From IMG/VR virus record IMGVR_UViG_3300028048_002144: DNA of 64,000 nt, one strand, 5' to 3'. This DNA comes from a virus. Lineage: Duplodnaviria > Caudoviricetes. Position numbers and translations under genes: made by a program. Below the pieces are notes generated by a model. That model did not search any database. It was given only the letters and a program-made list of their open reading frames with translations, and was not told where the DNA came from. The first letter of the stretch is position 1, and every line of letters begins with the position of its first letter. Shown here in pieces: positions 38,201-48,299 of this stretch.

Positions 38201-38302
38201 GCTATACTGTACGCCTACATATATGCCTACTGCATATATTATTCCCCACATTATTATAAATTGGAGATTCAGGCTTTTTTCTGTACCTTTTTTTAAGTCC
38301 AT
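35210..38302 (-). CDS. virD4: Type IV coupling protein VirD4/TraG
   Basis: TM N-terminus, GGAGTGKSR, DPSGEL, DDFWE, LLDEFANVG, LQNIGQ, RALMTPDEL. Confidence 0.93.
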   Translation of the reverse strand: MDLKKGTEKSLNLQFIIMWGIIYAVGIYVGVQYSAYQALASPIDTTFTILGKTMEGISANPFSLPAMPVNLGTNLLVILSSISMVMIYAYLQEMWKNGHAKKGTEDGTAAWYTEKDPKLTVWNSHYTYSAGAYSLEKPTKDMIFSDTVYMSMDTRQTRRNNNVVVIGGAGTGKSRFFVKPNLALMPLNTSFVCSDPSGELLQDTGHLLESMGYKIKVFNLYEMEKSDKFNPMRYIHTDTDVLILTDVILENTKDANAKGGDDFWEKAQKLMIQSFIYLLWLHGPELGLKQNLLSVVQLMEDCKVSEDSSTTEMNKTDKYFQAIESDGWYFDENGNFQLGKPPRGQANLYKYHEPYGVDISIRQYHKFKSAAGKTLQSILISALSRLSTLDSKEIADLLTEDTINLEQVGMEKTALFAILPQEHDSFNFLAAILYTQLFQTLYFQANALCQGNYMIEDSVGERIKIIKNKHVEEEVVETNEISKAFVIKNGKVIGQGEKETEAEEETKEKKKSILDKIISIFKKETKIKEDEKRQQNDGLTLDEDNGIFIDEDNIVQGKKEYKVLTGEDRVNDDAEDEATRPDDSIGEENDEAKKEAEYFVKRAKHAVMIQRGSKYEIYVPKVVPEEPEKEVKNDEKEEELKAKKGILSAISNLGNNKKKVEEEPPKEEVDITSKYDLTDENVLNEHFELFKTYSEEKVAKSKILAMQNCKITRAGKWLPFHVRFLLDEFANVGRIPYFEQKLATMRKYEISATIILQNIGQIKNIYKDNYGTIIGNCDSLLFLGSNDPETLEYISKYLGETTIIKRNTSISKNGKGSVSYSDSASKRALMTPDELRTMDNDQCIFFLRGIAPFKARKVRYEMMPFYKYTADGNSKNIYILKKKTLSVKRSIAEIEAEANSRKIAESKKLKPDNNARDVLGEAIDAQAANKATPNDLLNLQSTLTNIRSSTYINESVAMRQNMAPNNKEPFSKDENRKDSTIKTLGLCMDKELAEIDSTKYYSLNPDTIADIDGFDESAPLVNQSSSVSYF

Positions 38303-38909
38303 ATAATTTTCCTTTCGTATTGAGTTTTATTATTCTTTTTACTATTATTAATATGAAAGATTAACTTTTGTTCAGTGCCACTGATTTCATTAGTCTTTTT
38401 AATTTGAATAATCTTTTTATTTCTTTTAGTTTTTTTATTCTTTTTGAATCTTCTAATGCCTTTATAACTTCTAATGTAAATAAAGAATCTATATGTAATG
38501 AATAAGGTGTGTAATACATAGAATACATAGCCTTTAAAACAATCATTCCCATTAAGAAAATCATTTACAATGTTTTATCTGATTACAATAATAATAACGA
38601 TATATTTGTTGGAAATATGATATTTAGAGCAAATGAAGAAAATAAATAAGTCGGAGAATATAAAAGAATTAAATGTATTAGTAGATATAGGCTTAATAAA
38701 ATAAATGAGAAACCCAAAAGAAATATAAGAAACAAAAGAAACGGATAATATAAGCGTAATAGTAAAATTAAATATAATAAAAAATACATTTTTAGTCGTT
38801 TCTGTATAACAAATCAAAAGAATAATTGATGCAGATTTATTAGATGAAAGAGTAGCATTAAGTAAATCGATGTTTTTAAAAAGAAGATACAAAATAACAC
38901 ATATAATTC

Positions 38910-38938
38910 TTGTATAAAAATTAGATAATTAATATAAT
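38910..38938 (+). promoter_or_regulatory. sigmaA-type promoter of parA
   Basis: TTGTAT-17 bp-TATAAT upstream of AAAGGAG RBS. Confidence 0.65.
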
Positions 38939-38962
38939 ATATTTTTAGCAAAGGAGAATTAT

Positions 38963-39718
38963 ATGAAGACTATTATGATTTCAAATCAGAAGGGTGGAGT
39001 AGGAAAGACTACAACCACTTTAGAATTGTTATATTTATTTGGACAGGATTATAAAGTTCTGGGAATAGACCTAGATCCTCAGATGAACCTTACATTATAT
39101 TGCGGGGCCAAAGGTGAAAAGACAGCTAAAGATGTATTAGATGGAGATGCATTATTAGAAGACGCAGTAGTAAATGTAGGAAATTTTGATTTACTTATGG
39201 GTGATCCTAACTTATCTAAAGCAGATAAATTATATGGAGATGCAGATGATATATTCTTACTGAATGATATATTAGAATATGCAGACTATGATTTCGTGTT
39301 TATAGATTCAGCTCCTGGTAGATCAACTTTATTGTACATGGAATATATAGCTTCTGATTACTCTATTATACCTACAGAATGTGATGAGGGTGCTATTGAA
39401 GGTATTATCAATACTAGAGAAGATATGAAGAGGTTCCAGAAAAGAGGACAGTCACACGTTAAGATTTTAGGAACTATACTAACCAAAACTGAAAATACTT
39501 CTCTTCATCAGATGGCATACCAGGATTTAAAAGATATTCATGATAAGATCGGAGCAGATCCTTTTAAAACAGTTATAAGGAAATCTATTGTGGCTTCAGA
39601 AACTAAAACTGCCAGAATGAGTATTAATGAATATAAAAAAGACAATAATGTAGCTAAAGATTATCGTATGTTATATAAAGAGATTTTAGATAGAATCGAG
39701 AAAGATAATGAGCAGTAA
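38963..39718 (+). CDS. parA: ParA/Soj partition ATPase
   Basis: NQKGGVGKTTT, IDLDPQ, IDSAP. Confidence 0.93.
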   Translation: MKTIMISNQKGGVGKTTTTLELLYLFGQDYKVLGIDLDPQMNLTLYCGAKGEKTAKDVLDGDALLEDAVVNVGNFDLLMGDPNLSKADKLYGDADDIFLLNDILEYADYDFVFIDSAPGRSTLLYMEYIASDYSIIPTECDEGAIEGIINTREDMKRFQKRGQSHVKILGTILTKTENTSLHQMAYQDLKDIHDKIGADPFKTVIRKSIVASETKTARMSINEYKKDNNVAKDYRMLYKEILDRIEKDNEQ

Positions 39719-40439
39719 TAGAGATAAAATTAAGCAGCTTAGGGCTAAACGAATCGAAGAATTAAAAAGCAAGGAAATCGAAACTCCAGCAGAAGACTTT
39801 TCTAAAAGAGTAATCGACAACGGATCTGCTACTAAAACCCAAAATACAGGGAATAAGATAGCATCAAAAGAAGATACTGTTAATACAGTAGAAGAGAAAG
39901 TACAGGTTGATGCTAAAGGCAACAAGCCTATAAATAAAGAAAATACTGTTCAAGGCGCATTAATTAAAAAAGAGGAGAGCGCTGTCTTACCTTCAGAAGA
40001 TAATGAAGGCTCTGAATATCATTTCTGTTATTTAAACAAAGGAGATAAATCAGTATTTCCGTGGCTTGCTACAAAGTTTGATTCTAAAGAGTGGGAGAAT
40101 ACTAAAAATCAGTCAATTTGCGTTACAGACAAGACATTTAAGTTCCTTAAAATCAGAAGTAAACAGTTATCAATACCAGCAAGAAGATATTTAGCTATTT
40201 TGATTGAGGAAATGTATAATCGTATTTCAACTGGTGATATTCCTAATGCTTATGAGATAAATTTATCTGAGTTACCAAGAAAACCTAAATCATATCTCTT
40301 ACCGGTTACGACAGGAGATTATATTAAGAAAGCATCAGAGATTATTGGTTTAGGAAAGTCTGAGCTTATAGAATGGATTGTTGATGAAGAAATCAACAGG
40401 GAAAACCAGTTAGGTAATCGAGTTAATTTAGAAAAATAA
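39708..40439 (+). CDS. Putative partition adaptor (RHH-type centromere-binding protein)
   Basis: Overlaps parA stop; disordered N-terminus and two RHH-like C-terminal segments. Confidence 0.55.
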   Translation: MSSNRDKIKQLRAKRIEELKSKEIETPAEDFSKRVIDNGSATKTQNTGNKIASKEDTVNTVEEKVQVDAKGNKPINKENTVQGALIKKEESAVLPSEDNEGSEYHFCYLNKGDKSVFPWLATKFDSKEWENTKNQSICVTDKTFKFLKIRSKQLSIPARRYLAILIEEMYNRISTGDIPNAYEINLSELPRKPKSYLLPVTTGDYIKKASEIIGLGKSELIEWIVDEEINRENQLGNRVNLEK

Positions 40440-40459
40440 GATAGAGAAATAATAACATA

Positions 40460-40502
40460 AATAAGAGCCTCACTATATTGATAAGTGAGACTCTTATTTT
40501 TT
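40460..40502. terminator. Bidirectional terminator
   Basis: AATAAGAG.CTCACT/AGTGAG.CTCTTATT stem with T-run. Confidence 0.7.
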
Positions 40503-40523
40503 GGACAAAATGCAAAATTTTGT

Positions 40524-41003
40524 TTATGTAATATTTGCTGCAAGATTTACAGAGGTAAGTCCGATACAATAACAAATATCGCAGGCAGTAAGATATTGAT
40601 TACTGTCTTTTCCATATCTGTTTTTTATATCCTTGAGCCTTTCAAATACAGTTACTTCATTTCCTTTACTATCAACTTGCATATCTGCCATGTTTAATAT
40701 TATATATTCATCTGTTATTTCAGTCGGATACTTACCATGTTCTTTAATTGCCTTATATAAAGGCTTTATTAAGTCGGAGCCAAAAGGGTCTTCATTCATA
40801 AACATTAACATTTTTGCACTTATATCTGGGTGCTCTGATTGTTTTTCTGAAAATTCATACCCAACATCATGAATCCAACCCAGCATAAAACATTTATAAC
40901 AAAAATCCTCTTCATAACCCATATCTTTCGCTATTTTATAAGCTTTACGGGCAACTCCTATAATATGATGAAGACGATCTTCTGATATACCGATATAATC
41001 CAT
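40524..41003 (-). CDS. HD-domain protein
   Basis: RLHH, WIHDVG, H..H, AD motifs. Confidence 0.85.
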   Translation of the reverse strand: MDYIGISEDRLHHIIGVARKAYKIAKDMGYEEDFCYKCFMLGWIHDVGYEFSEKQSEHPDISAKMLMFMNEDPFGSDLIKPLYKAIKEHGKYPTEITDEYIILNMADMQVDSKGNEVTVFERLKDIKNRYGKDSNQYLTACDICYCIGLTSVNLAANIT

Positions 41004-41346
41004 ATTATTTACCTCGCATTCTTAAGATTCAAACCAATTAGGTGTTGTCTCACATGTTAATATACGTTCGAATTCTTTCATTCGCTGAATTTGGCTCACA
41101 GGCAAAAGAACGACATTTGTATGGTTTGAAATTGTTCTTGATCCTGAATAACCTATACAGCTTATATTTACATATTTATAATTCATAGTTTCCTTCATAG
41201 TTTTTCCTTTCTAATTCTAAATGCAAAACATTTAAAACTTTGCATTAACTATTGAATATTTGCGTTAAAAATTGTAAATAACGGTCGAACAGAAGTAGTT
41301 GAAACGTCTTTCAATCTATCGGAAAAATATAAATTTTTAGGATGTT

Positions 41347-42048
41347 TTACAAAAAATTATTCATTTCTTCATTTTCCCATGTTTTGTTATAGTTGCCATT
41401 CGGGTATAATTTTGGAACTGTTGGTTCATCAATTATATTTGTTTCTCCATGTATGCTTTTCTTAAATCGTACGCCTTTATAAAAAGCATATTCGTAGCTG
41501 CCATTTCTATACCAATCTAAGTTATTTAATAGTTCCCAAATTTTAGGATCATCGCATAATTCTTTAAAATCTGGAGTAAAATACATAGATACTGAGCGTC
41601 TTTTAAACAGCCCTTTAGTGGTCTCTATAAAATCTATTAATTTCTTATATGTTAAATGCTCATCACCGGCAATTTTTACGTTGATTTTATCTCCATGAAT
41701 TACCCAGTAATCTAATTCCTTTTTACTATGAACAGTAACCTGTATATAATCAAAATCATCATATATATCAGAGATAACACTTTTTAATTTTCCGTTAGTA
41801 GACATAATAATTTTAAATCCATACTTATGTACAAGCCTTGCTATTTTGATTAACTTTTCTGAACCAATACAAGTCGGCTCTCCACCTAATAAAAGAATTT
41901 CTAATTCTTTATCTGTCTTTTGTCTTAACTTTTTTAAAAAATTTTCTTCATCTGATATTCCTCTGAATTTATCAATACAGAATGGACAATTCATATTACA
42001 TTTATGAGTCACTACAATATCTGCATGATCTAAGATGATATTTCCCAT
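41347..42048 (-). CDS. Radical SAM protein
   Basis: CNMNCPFC, GGEP, STNG. Confidence 0.9.
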   Translation of the reverse strand: MGNIILDHADIVVTHKCNMNCPFCIDKFRGISDEENFLKKLRQKTDKELEILLLGGEPTCIGSEKLIKIARLVHKYGFKIIMSTNGKLKSVISDIYDDFDYIQVTVHSKKELDYWVIHGDKINVKIAGDEHLTYKKLIDFIETTKGLFKRRSVSMYFTPDFKELCDDPKIWELLNNLDWYRNGSYEYAFYKGVRFKKSIHGETNIIDEPTVPKLYPNGNYNKTWENEEMNNFL

Positions 42049-42148
42049 ATCCCAGCCTTTCTTATATTTTATGTAATTGTCTTATAAATAATATGACATA
42101 TATCAAAAATAGGCTCAGAAAAATCCGAGCCTATTATATTTATATATC

Positions 42149-45049
42149 TTAATACCAAGCATAAAAACCAATTAATTGCTTTGCATCCCATTTTTTCGCC
42201 CATGCATCATCATTTAATGGATGTCGTTTTAATAAGAAATATGAATATTCATGATATGGATCTAAATTATCTGGTACATTTAAAGAATCTATTTTTTCAT
42301 AATCATAAGTACCATCAGGTTTTTTCTTTAATTTAACGTGTGTGCCTGAAGTATTTCCTCCGGCAGTAACATAGCTTTGTCCATTGTCTACCGTAGTCAT
42401 ATAAACTTCTACGTGTCCACCTTTAACAGTTCCAGACTGATGTACTCCATCAAATTTTTCTTTATTATATGCATAAATTGCTATATAACCTGGTTTAGCT
42501 TTTGAAGGATCTTTTCTGAATTCTTCCCAGCTTAAGAAAGCATTTTCTTGAACAGCTAGGTTGTACCATTGTAATGAACCAGAGTACACATCTTTAAATT
42601 CACTACCATCTTTATGCGTTCCACCGCCATTAATCATGAAGTATGAACATGTATCTGCGCACCAGTCTTCGTGAGGCTTACCAAATGCTTGTTTAGTAAA
42701 GAAATCAACCGCTCTAGTACCATCTAAGGCATTTCCAACTTGATTGCCATTAGCATCTTTTCCGTATAAAACTTCAAATACTTTTTGGCAAACAGAATTG
42801 TCATCTATAGTATCTCCTACGCCTTCTTTATCGAATTTAATATTCCATAATACCTTATATTTATCGAAGTATTCTTCAGCTTTCTTTTTTCTTGCAGCTA
42901 TAGCTTTTTCATCACCCTCATCTTCGTATTCACGTATATAATCTGTATACATGATTTCTGCTGCTGAATCACAGGCATCATATTTATCATAATTATCTAA
43001 TCCATGTAATTTGCTATAAATTCCAGTACCAAAGAAATTTGATATTTTACTACTGAATTTTTCCGATGTGGACCATAAGAAATATTGATCCTGGGTTTGT
43101 ATTGCAGATAAGACATCTTGGCTTGTTGGCTCTGGTAAATGGTTTTCTTTTGCGTATTCTGGTACTGATTTAACCATGAATCCAAAACCATCTCCAGTAA
43201 ATTCTTCTGTCCAACCATATAACCAGTTTCGAGTTAACTCATTTACACCACGTTCGAAATCATCATCTGTTGCATTTTCATTCGCATCATCAAGAGAATT
43301 TGTTTTAGCTTTTGAATATCTGGAACTGTAAGGATCTATTCCGTATCCAGAATCTGTTTCATAATACATATTAGATAAGATTCCACATATTGTTCCAAAG
43401 GAGAAATCTCCCTTTAAATCATCATAGACTTTCTTACAAATTGCATCTTGACCAACTCTTTTTACTTCTTCGGGATAGCTTTTCCTTTGTTGCTCTGTTC
43501 TAGCTAATCGTTCATTAGTTGCAGCTTTATCAGCAACTGATAAACCTATAAGAGGGACAAGAACAATTGAAGCTATAATAATTAATGGAACTATAGCTGG
43601 AGTAATTAAAGCTATAATTTTAGCTATCAATTGAGCAAATAATTGAGCCATTCTTTGTCTTAGTCTAGCTAATAAAGAATTTCTGAGCATTTGTCTAAAT
43701 TGTGCTTTTGCTCTCTCGACCGGATCTATAAATTTTCCTAACGGAGTTTTTTTAAGAAGTTTCTTTGCGCCCTTTTTAGCCTTTTGTTTCGTCTTTTTCT
43801 TTAAAGCTTTAGTTTTCTTCTTTATTACTTTGCCAGGAGTGTTTATCTTTTCTTTTAATTTCTTACCAGCTTTTTTAGCAGCTTTTTTATCGAGGCCTTT
43901 TTTCTTTATTAAATATTTTTGGTATCTTATCTGCATCACTTTAGATGGAGCATAAGATGCCACTCTATATGTAGCTTGTGCACCTAATCCAATTTTTCGT
44001 ATAGTGTTATAACCTTGATACGTTTCATTTGGTGCTAATTGCTTTCTTAAAATTCTTTTTCCGGTATATTTTGCATTTTTAAGAAGGTTTTTCAATTCGC
44101 TTGGAGCAGTAGCATCTGCCTGCGCTAATTTCTTTAAGAAATCTAGCTCCTGTTTTGAGACTTTCGCTAAAGGTCCTTTTCCTCTTTTAGCTAAACTTAT
44201 ATTATGGAGTAAAATAGATTTGGTCATTTGATGTGGTTTTACGACATTGCCATGAGTATCTAAGAATTTTACATTTCTATATTTTGGATCAGTTGCTAAG
44301 TATGATTGTACAGAGTGCCATACATTACCAAATTCGTTTACTTTATCAATCTTAAATTGGCTTTGGAATCCTTCCATTCCATAAGTCAAACTTGAACTCA
44401 TCTGATCATTTAATGTTTTTAATGATACTGTAGATATTATTGTACTTTTTCTTGAGCCATATTCAGTTCCTAGGTCAATATTTATTCCATTAGCATTTCC
44501 AAGATTGATATTATATGTTTTAAGCTCTTGTCCAGGCATTGAAGCTTCAAAATTTAAGAATGCATTCGTCTGTCCGTTGCTTTTTTGAAATACAATATTA
44601 GCGTTTGATACAGAATTATGATCTAAAGATGATAAATTCATATCTACTGGTTTAAAAAAAGCATTTCCTTTATCATCAAGTCTATGTGTATCAAAAGCAC
44701 CATTTTGGATAATCTGATGCGCTGCGTTATTAGAAAATCTATCTATAGCTTGTGTTATTTCATTCTGGCTAAATTCATAGTGAGTATTTATAGTTTCCAT
44801 ACCCAGATTTTGTAATCTGGTATTTAATGTTCTTAATGTTTGCGTATCTGAAGTAAAATCTCGGACATTGTTATAGTATTCTTGGTTACTAAACATATGC
44901 CCTAAATCTCGTGGGATATCTGCTACAGGTGCTATAGCTGTATACATCATCATAGCACCAGTTCCAGTATCGCCTAAATGATTTTTAGCATTAGTAGATG
45001 CACTTTTTGCAACTACGTCTATATTGTCTATAACTTTACCTAACCCCAT
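42149..45049 (-). CDS. Conjugation-associated cell-wall hydrolase (tail-lysozyme-like plus CHAP domains), VirB1 analogue
   Basis: Central TM; ICGILSNMYYET lysozyme-like motif; WCAD..GHVE..GGN CHAP dyad. Confidence 0.75.
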   Translation of the reverse strand: MGLGKVIDNIDVVAKSASTNAKNHLGDTGTGAMMMYTAIAPVADIPRDLGHMFSNQEYYNNVRDFTSDTQTLRTLNTRLQNLGMETINTHYEFSQNEITQAIDRFSNNAAHQIIQNGAFDTHRLDDKGNAFFKPVDMNLSSLDHNSVSNANIVFQKSNGQTNAFLNFEASMPGQELKTYNINLGNANGINIDLGTEYGSRKSTIISTVSLKTLNDQMSSSLTYGMEGFQSQFKIDKVNEFGNVWHSVQSYLATDPKYRNVKFLDTHGNVVKPHQMTKSILLHNISLAKRGKGPLAKVSKQELDFLKKLAQADATAPSELKNLLKNAKYTGKRILRKQLAPNETYQGYNTIRKIGLGAQATYRVASYAPSKVMQIRYQKYLIKKKGLDKKAAKKAGKKLKEKINTPGKVIKKKTKALKKKTKQKAKKGAKKLLKKTPLGKFIDPVERAKAQFRQMLRNSLLARLRQRMAQLFAQLIAKIIALITPAIVPLIIIASIVLVPLIGLSVADKAATNERLARTEQQRKSYPEEVKRVGQDAICKKVYDDLKGDFSFGTICGILSNMYYETDSGYGIDPYSSRYSKAKTNSLDDANENATDDDFERGVNELTRNWLYGWTEEFTGDGFGFMVKSVPEYAKENHLPEPTSQDVLSAIQTQDQYFLWSTSEKFSSKISNFFGTGIYSKLHGLDNYDKYDACDSAAEIMYTDYIREYEDEGDEKAIAARKKKAEEYFDKYKVLWNIKFDKEGVGDTIDDNSVCQKVFEVLYGKDANGNQVGNALDGTRAVDFFTKQAFGKPHEDWCADTCSYFMINGGGTHKDGSEFKDVYSGSLQWYNLAVQENAFLSWEEFRKDPSKAKPGYIAIYAYNKEKFDGVHQSGTVKGGHVEVYMTTVDNGQSYVTAGGNTSGTHVKLKKKPDGTYDYEKIDSLNVPDNLDPYHEYSYFLLKRHPLNDDAWAKKWDAKQLIGFYAWY

Positions 45050-45069
45050 TATCTTCCTCCTTTCTTACC

Positions 45070-45882
45070 TTACATTGTTTTCTTTCTTATATGTTTTATT
45101 ATTAAAGTAATTACTGTTCCTATTACTAAAATTACCCCTCCAGCTATCACAGTTGGAATGGCTTTATTTTTAGTTTTAGGCTCTTCTTTAACAAAAGACA
45201 TTTCTTCTTTAGGAATTTTTTTAGAGTTATCTGATTCTGTTATTTTTACTTGCCCATCATCCTGCACATTTTTAGCCTTTACAGTATTGTACATATCATC
45301 ATACCCAGCTTTTCTTTCTTCATCAGAAGGGTGGTCCATTGTATTTTTAGTAGATCCCGTATCTTCATATACCGAAGACATCATATTCTCTCCGTTCTGA
45401 TATCCAGGGATTTTAGTTTTATTATTTTCGATAAAATCTTTATCCCCAAATAAAACGGTATATTCTACAGATTGTCTCCCTACAATACTAAAGTTCGGAT
45501 CCTGGTTAGAATATGTATTCTCTCCATTCTTAAAATCATTTCCATGATTAATAGTCCAGATTTTAACTCTATAATCACTATCTCTTAATCCGGTTACAAC
45601 CTTTTTGAAATTATCTTTAGCTGTAATTTCTCCAGAAGAAACTAATACATTTCGTTCTTTTTTCTCGAATATAGAATAGTTAATGCTTATATTAGCTGCA
45701 TGTTTGTCTTGTACTACGCAGTTTATTGCTAAAGCTCCAGTAAGGTTTTCCAAAGGCATAGCTTCATACGTACTAAAGCTATCTGCATATACTGTGTTTA
45801 TTGTTTTCATAGGTGTTAGACCAACTACTAACGCTGAAACGGTTATAGCTACTTTTTTAATCAATTTATACATAATAAGCAC
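45070..45882 (-). CDS. Secreted, C-terminally anchored protein
   Basis: Signal peptide (VYA), C-terminal TM and basic tail. Confidence 0.7.
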   Translation of the reverse strand: MLIMYKLIKKVAITVSALVVGLTPMKTINTVYADSFSTYEAMPLENLTGALAINCVVQDKHAANISINYSIFEKKERNVLVSSGEITAKDNFKKVVTGLRDSDYRVKIWTINHGNDFKNGENTYSNQDPNFSIVGRQSVEYTVLFGDKDFIENNKTKIPGYQNGENMMSSVYEDTGSTKNTMDHPSDEERKAGYDDMYNTVKAKNVQDDGQVKITESDNSKKIPKEEMSFVKEEPKTKNKAIPTVIAGGVILVIGTVITLIIKHIRKKTM

Positions 45883-45884
45883 CT

Positions 45885-46472
45885 CTACTCTACGTTGTTA
45901 TATTGGTTAACCAATCCTATATTTACAGCCTGTCTATTCTTGATTTCTTCTTTGTCTTTTTCTGTGAAATCATAAATATCAACATCATCTTCATCGAATA
46001 CTAATCGTATAGTATCTAATTTCTTAATATTGATATTTGAAGGCATTAGTAACCAGTATTTAGGATTAACAAAAGATACATAGCATTCATCAGCTGCTTC
46101 TGTAGGAATAATGTTTAAGAAGAAGTATTCTGTACAAGATGGATCGTTCATCATATCTTCTCCATAAGCACTTAATACCTTCCAGACAGATAACATTTCT
46201 GGTGTAGTGTCAGATTTAAAAACAAAATCTAACATTATAGTTCCTTTACCAGCAGATAGTTTAACTTCACCCTGAGTGATTGCTCGTTCTGCTGCAGTTC
46301 TATAATTAAGTTTGTTGTCAGCATCTCCACCTAAAAATTTCATGATACTCAAACTAGCACGGGCTTTTGGTTGATCATCCTCATCTAGCCCCTGGACCAT
46401 TTTTAATACTCTATATTCCTTCTCTTCTGTTTTTTCATTTTCTATATTGGTATTTTCCTTGATATTTTCCAT
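45885..46472 (-). CDS. Hypothetical protein (start MENIK)
   Basis: GAAAGGG RBS at ~46480, promoter motif at 46508. Confidence 0.65.
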   Translation of the reverse strand: MENIKENTNIENEKTEEKEYRVLKMVQGLDEDDQPKARASLSIMKFLGGDADNKLNYRTAAERAITQGEVKLSAGKGTIMLDFVFKSDTTPEMLSVWKVLSAYGEDMMNDPSCTEYFFLNIIPTEAADECYVSFVNPKYWLLMPSNINIKKLDTIRLVFDEDDVDIYDFTEKDKEEIKNRQAVNIGLVNQYNNVE

Positions 46473-46555
46473 AGAATTGCCCTTTCTAAAAAATCTTTTT
46501 CTTATAAAATATGACAGAAGAAAAGCACCTAACACATTGTGTTAGATGCTTTTTG

Positions 46556-47347
46556 TTACTCAATAGAACTTTCTCCAGTGCTATAATCAATTTTTATATT
46601 TGGCTGAACATTATATACATATCTGCAAAAATGAAAATTACCTTTATCTTCTACAGACATACATTCCATTAATACTCCTCTAGCGACTAATTCGTTATCC
46701 TTAAATATTGGAGTTACCCTATATCTCACATGGTTATTAGTTTTTCGTAAATAATCTGTTACACTTTCTTCTAGTGGTAACATCCCTTCTGTATTTAGGT
46801 ATCTCGTACCTGTGATCAGATTGTTCTCATTAGCATTCTGGCCAGTTAATGCATACATGATTAAATGGCAACGGTTATATAAATATAAATCCTTAATTAC
46901 TCCAGGATATTTTACTGTATGCCATCCAGAAGGCTTTATTTGCCCTATATAGCCCCTCTTCTCTTTAGGCATATTCTCCTTGCTTATAAGTACGTCACAG
47001 CCAGTACAGCGCCCAAGAGAGTCTAATTCACCATATTCTTCGTATGGTTCTATTTCAGACATAGAATTTGGAATATCAAAATAAGGGAAATTATTATTTA
47101 CTTCTACACTAGGCTGACCACTATACTCAGGAATATCTTCGAATTTAAAATCTTTCGAGGTTTCTATCTCTGTGTTGTCAGAAGGAGAGGATTCCTTTTT
47201 ATCTTCATATTCCTTTACAGTTATCCCTTTTGTAGACGTATTAGATGTTTTGTTTAAAACACCCATTTTATTAAAAGGATTTGAAATAATACATAATAAA
47301 ATTACGCCTATAAGTACACTGAGCGTTCTATATCTTTTATTTTTCAT
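46556..47347 (-). CDS. DNA/RNA non-specific endonuclease (EndA/NucA-like)
   Basis: LDSLGRC, PSGW, LYNRCHLI, NLITGTRYLN..GML..E, YRVTP. Confidence 0.9.
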   Translation of the reverse strand: MKNKRYRTLSVLIGVILLCIISNPFNKMGVLNKTSNTSTKGITVKEYEDKKESSPSDNTEIETSKDFKFEDIPEYSGQPSVEVNNNFPYFDIPNSMSEIEPYEEYGELDSLGRCTGCDVLISKENMPKEKRGYIGQIKPSGWHTVKYPGVIKDLYLYNRCHLIMYALTGQNANENNLITGTRYLNTEGMLPLEESVTDYLRKTNNHVRYRVTPIFKDNELVARGVLMECMSVEDKGNFHFCRYVYNVQPNIKIDYSTGESSIE

Positions 47348-47462
47348 AAGTTCTCCTTTCTTTATGTAAGTTCTATATGGAATATGAATTATTTTTAGGG
47401 AATTATTGTTAACAAGAATAAGAATAAGAATAAAGGTTTTGAATAAGGGTAATTATTTTTAA

Positions 47463-48182
47463 TTAAGAGATTCTCTTTTTAGCGATATTGAAATAATCTT
47501 CGTTTTGTTCGATTCCAATGAAATTACGATTAAGATTTTTACAAGCAACACCAGTTGTGCCACTGCCCATACAATTATCTAGCATGGTATCTCCTTCATT
47601 GGTATAGGTTTTGATGAAGTATTCGCAAGCTGCTACTGGCTTTTGTGTAGGGTGTAATTTACTTTTTTGCGTGTCCCATTTGAATTTTAGTATATCTCTA
47701 GGGTATCTATCTGTATTTCCTCCACCAGATACTCCTGCTTTTGTGGCTCCATAATTACTTCCGTCATCACTATGTTTTGTATATGAATGTACGGGTGTAT
47801 GTCCGGTTGTTTTCTGGGGATTATATGTAGGTAGTTTCTTATAGAATATCAGAACATTTTCATGGGCCTTTAGTGGCATTTCCTTTGCATTTAGAAATCC
47901 AGTTCCTTTTGTTTTTTCTATGATCCATTCATATCTAAACATATTAGGATTTGACATAATAAGATATGCTGAGAATGGTACTTGGCTCCATAAAGCTATA
48001 ACTCCATTATCTGTAATTATTCTATTGTATTGTTTCCACAATTTATCCATAGGAATAATATTATCCCATTCATTTCTTGCGGTAGTACCGTATGGTAAAT
48101 CGCAGAGAATTAAGTCTACCGACTTATCGGGTATAGACGGTAGTATATCTAGGCAATCGCCTAGTCGTAAATCGATTTGCAT
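47463..48182 (-). CDS. DNA methyltransferase (N4/N6, beta class), orphan
   Basis: GDCL, DLPYG, HPTQKPV, LDNCMGSG. Confidence 0.92.
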   Translation of the reverse strand: MQIDLRLGDCLDILPSIPDKSVDLILCDLPYGTTARNEWDNIIPMDKLWKQYNRIITDNGVIALWSQVPFSAYLIMSNPNMFRYEWIIEKTKGTGFLNAKEMPLKAHENVLIFYKKLPTYNPQKTTGHTPVHSYTKHSDDGSNYGATKAGVSGGGNTDRYPRDILKFKWDTQKSKLHPTQKPVAACEYFIKTYTNEGDTMLDNCMGSGTTGVACKNLNRNFIGIEQNEDYFNIAKKRIS

Positions 48183-48299
48183 ATAAAGTGTCTCCTTAAA
48201 AACAAAAAAAGACCTATCAACAGATTTTTCTGCTGATAGGCCTTAATAACCTTTTACTATTTATCACTATATTTTTATTTTTCTTAGTATCTTTACATT

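Noticed and set aside
38361-38892. Low-complexity ORFs between virD4 and parA
   Set aside because: Extremely AT-rich with no clear RBS; may hold a parS centromere, but no clear repeat could be defined
47414-47433. (AAGAAT)n microsatellite, also at ~25140
   Set aside because: About three units in AT-rich DNA; expected by chance
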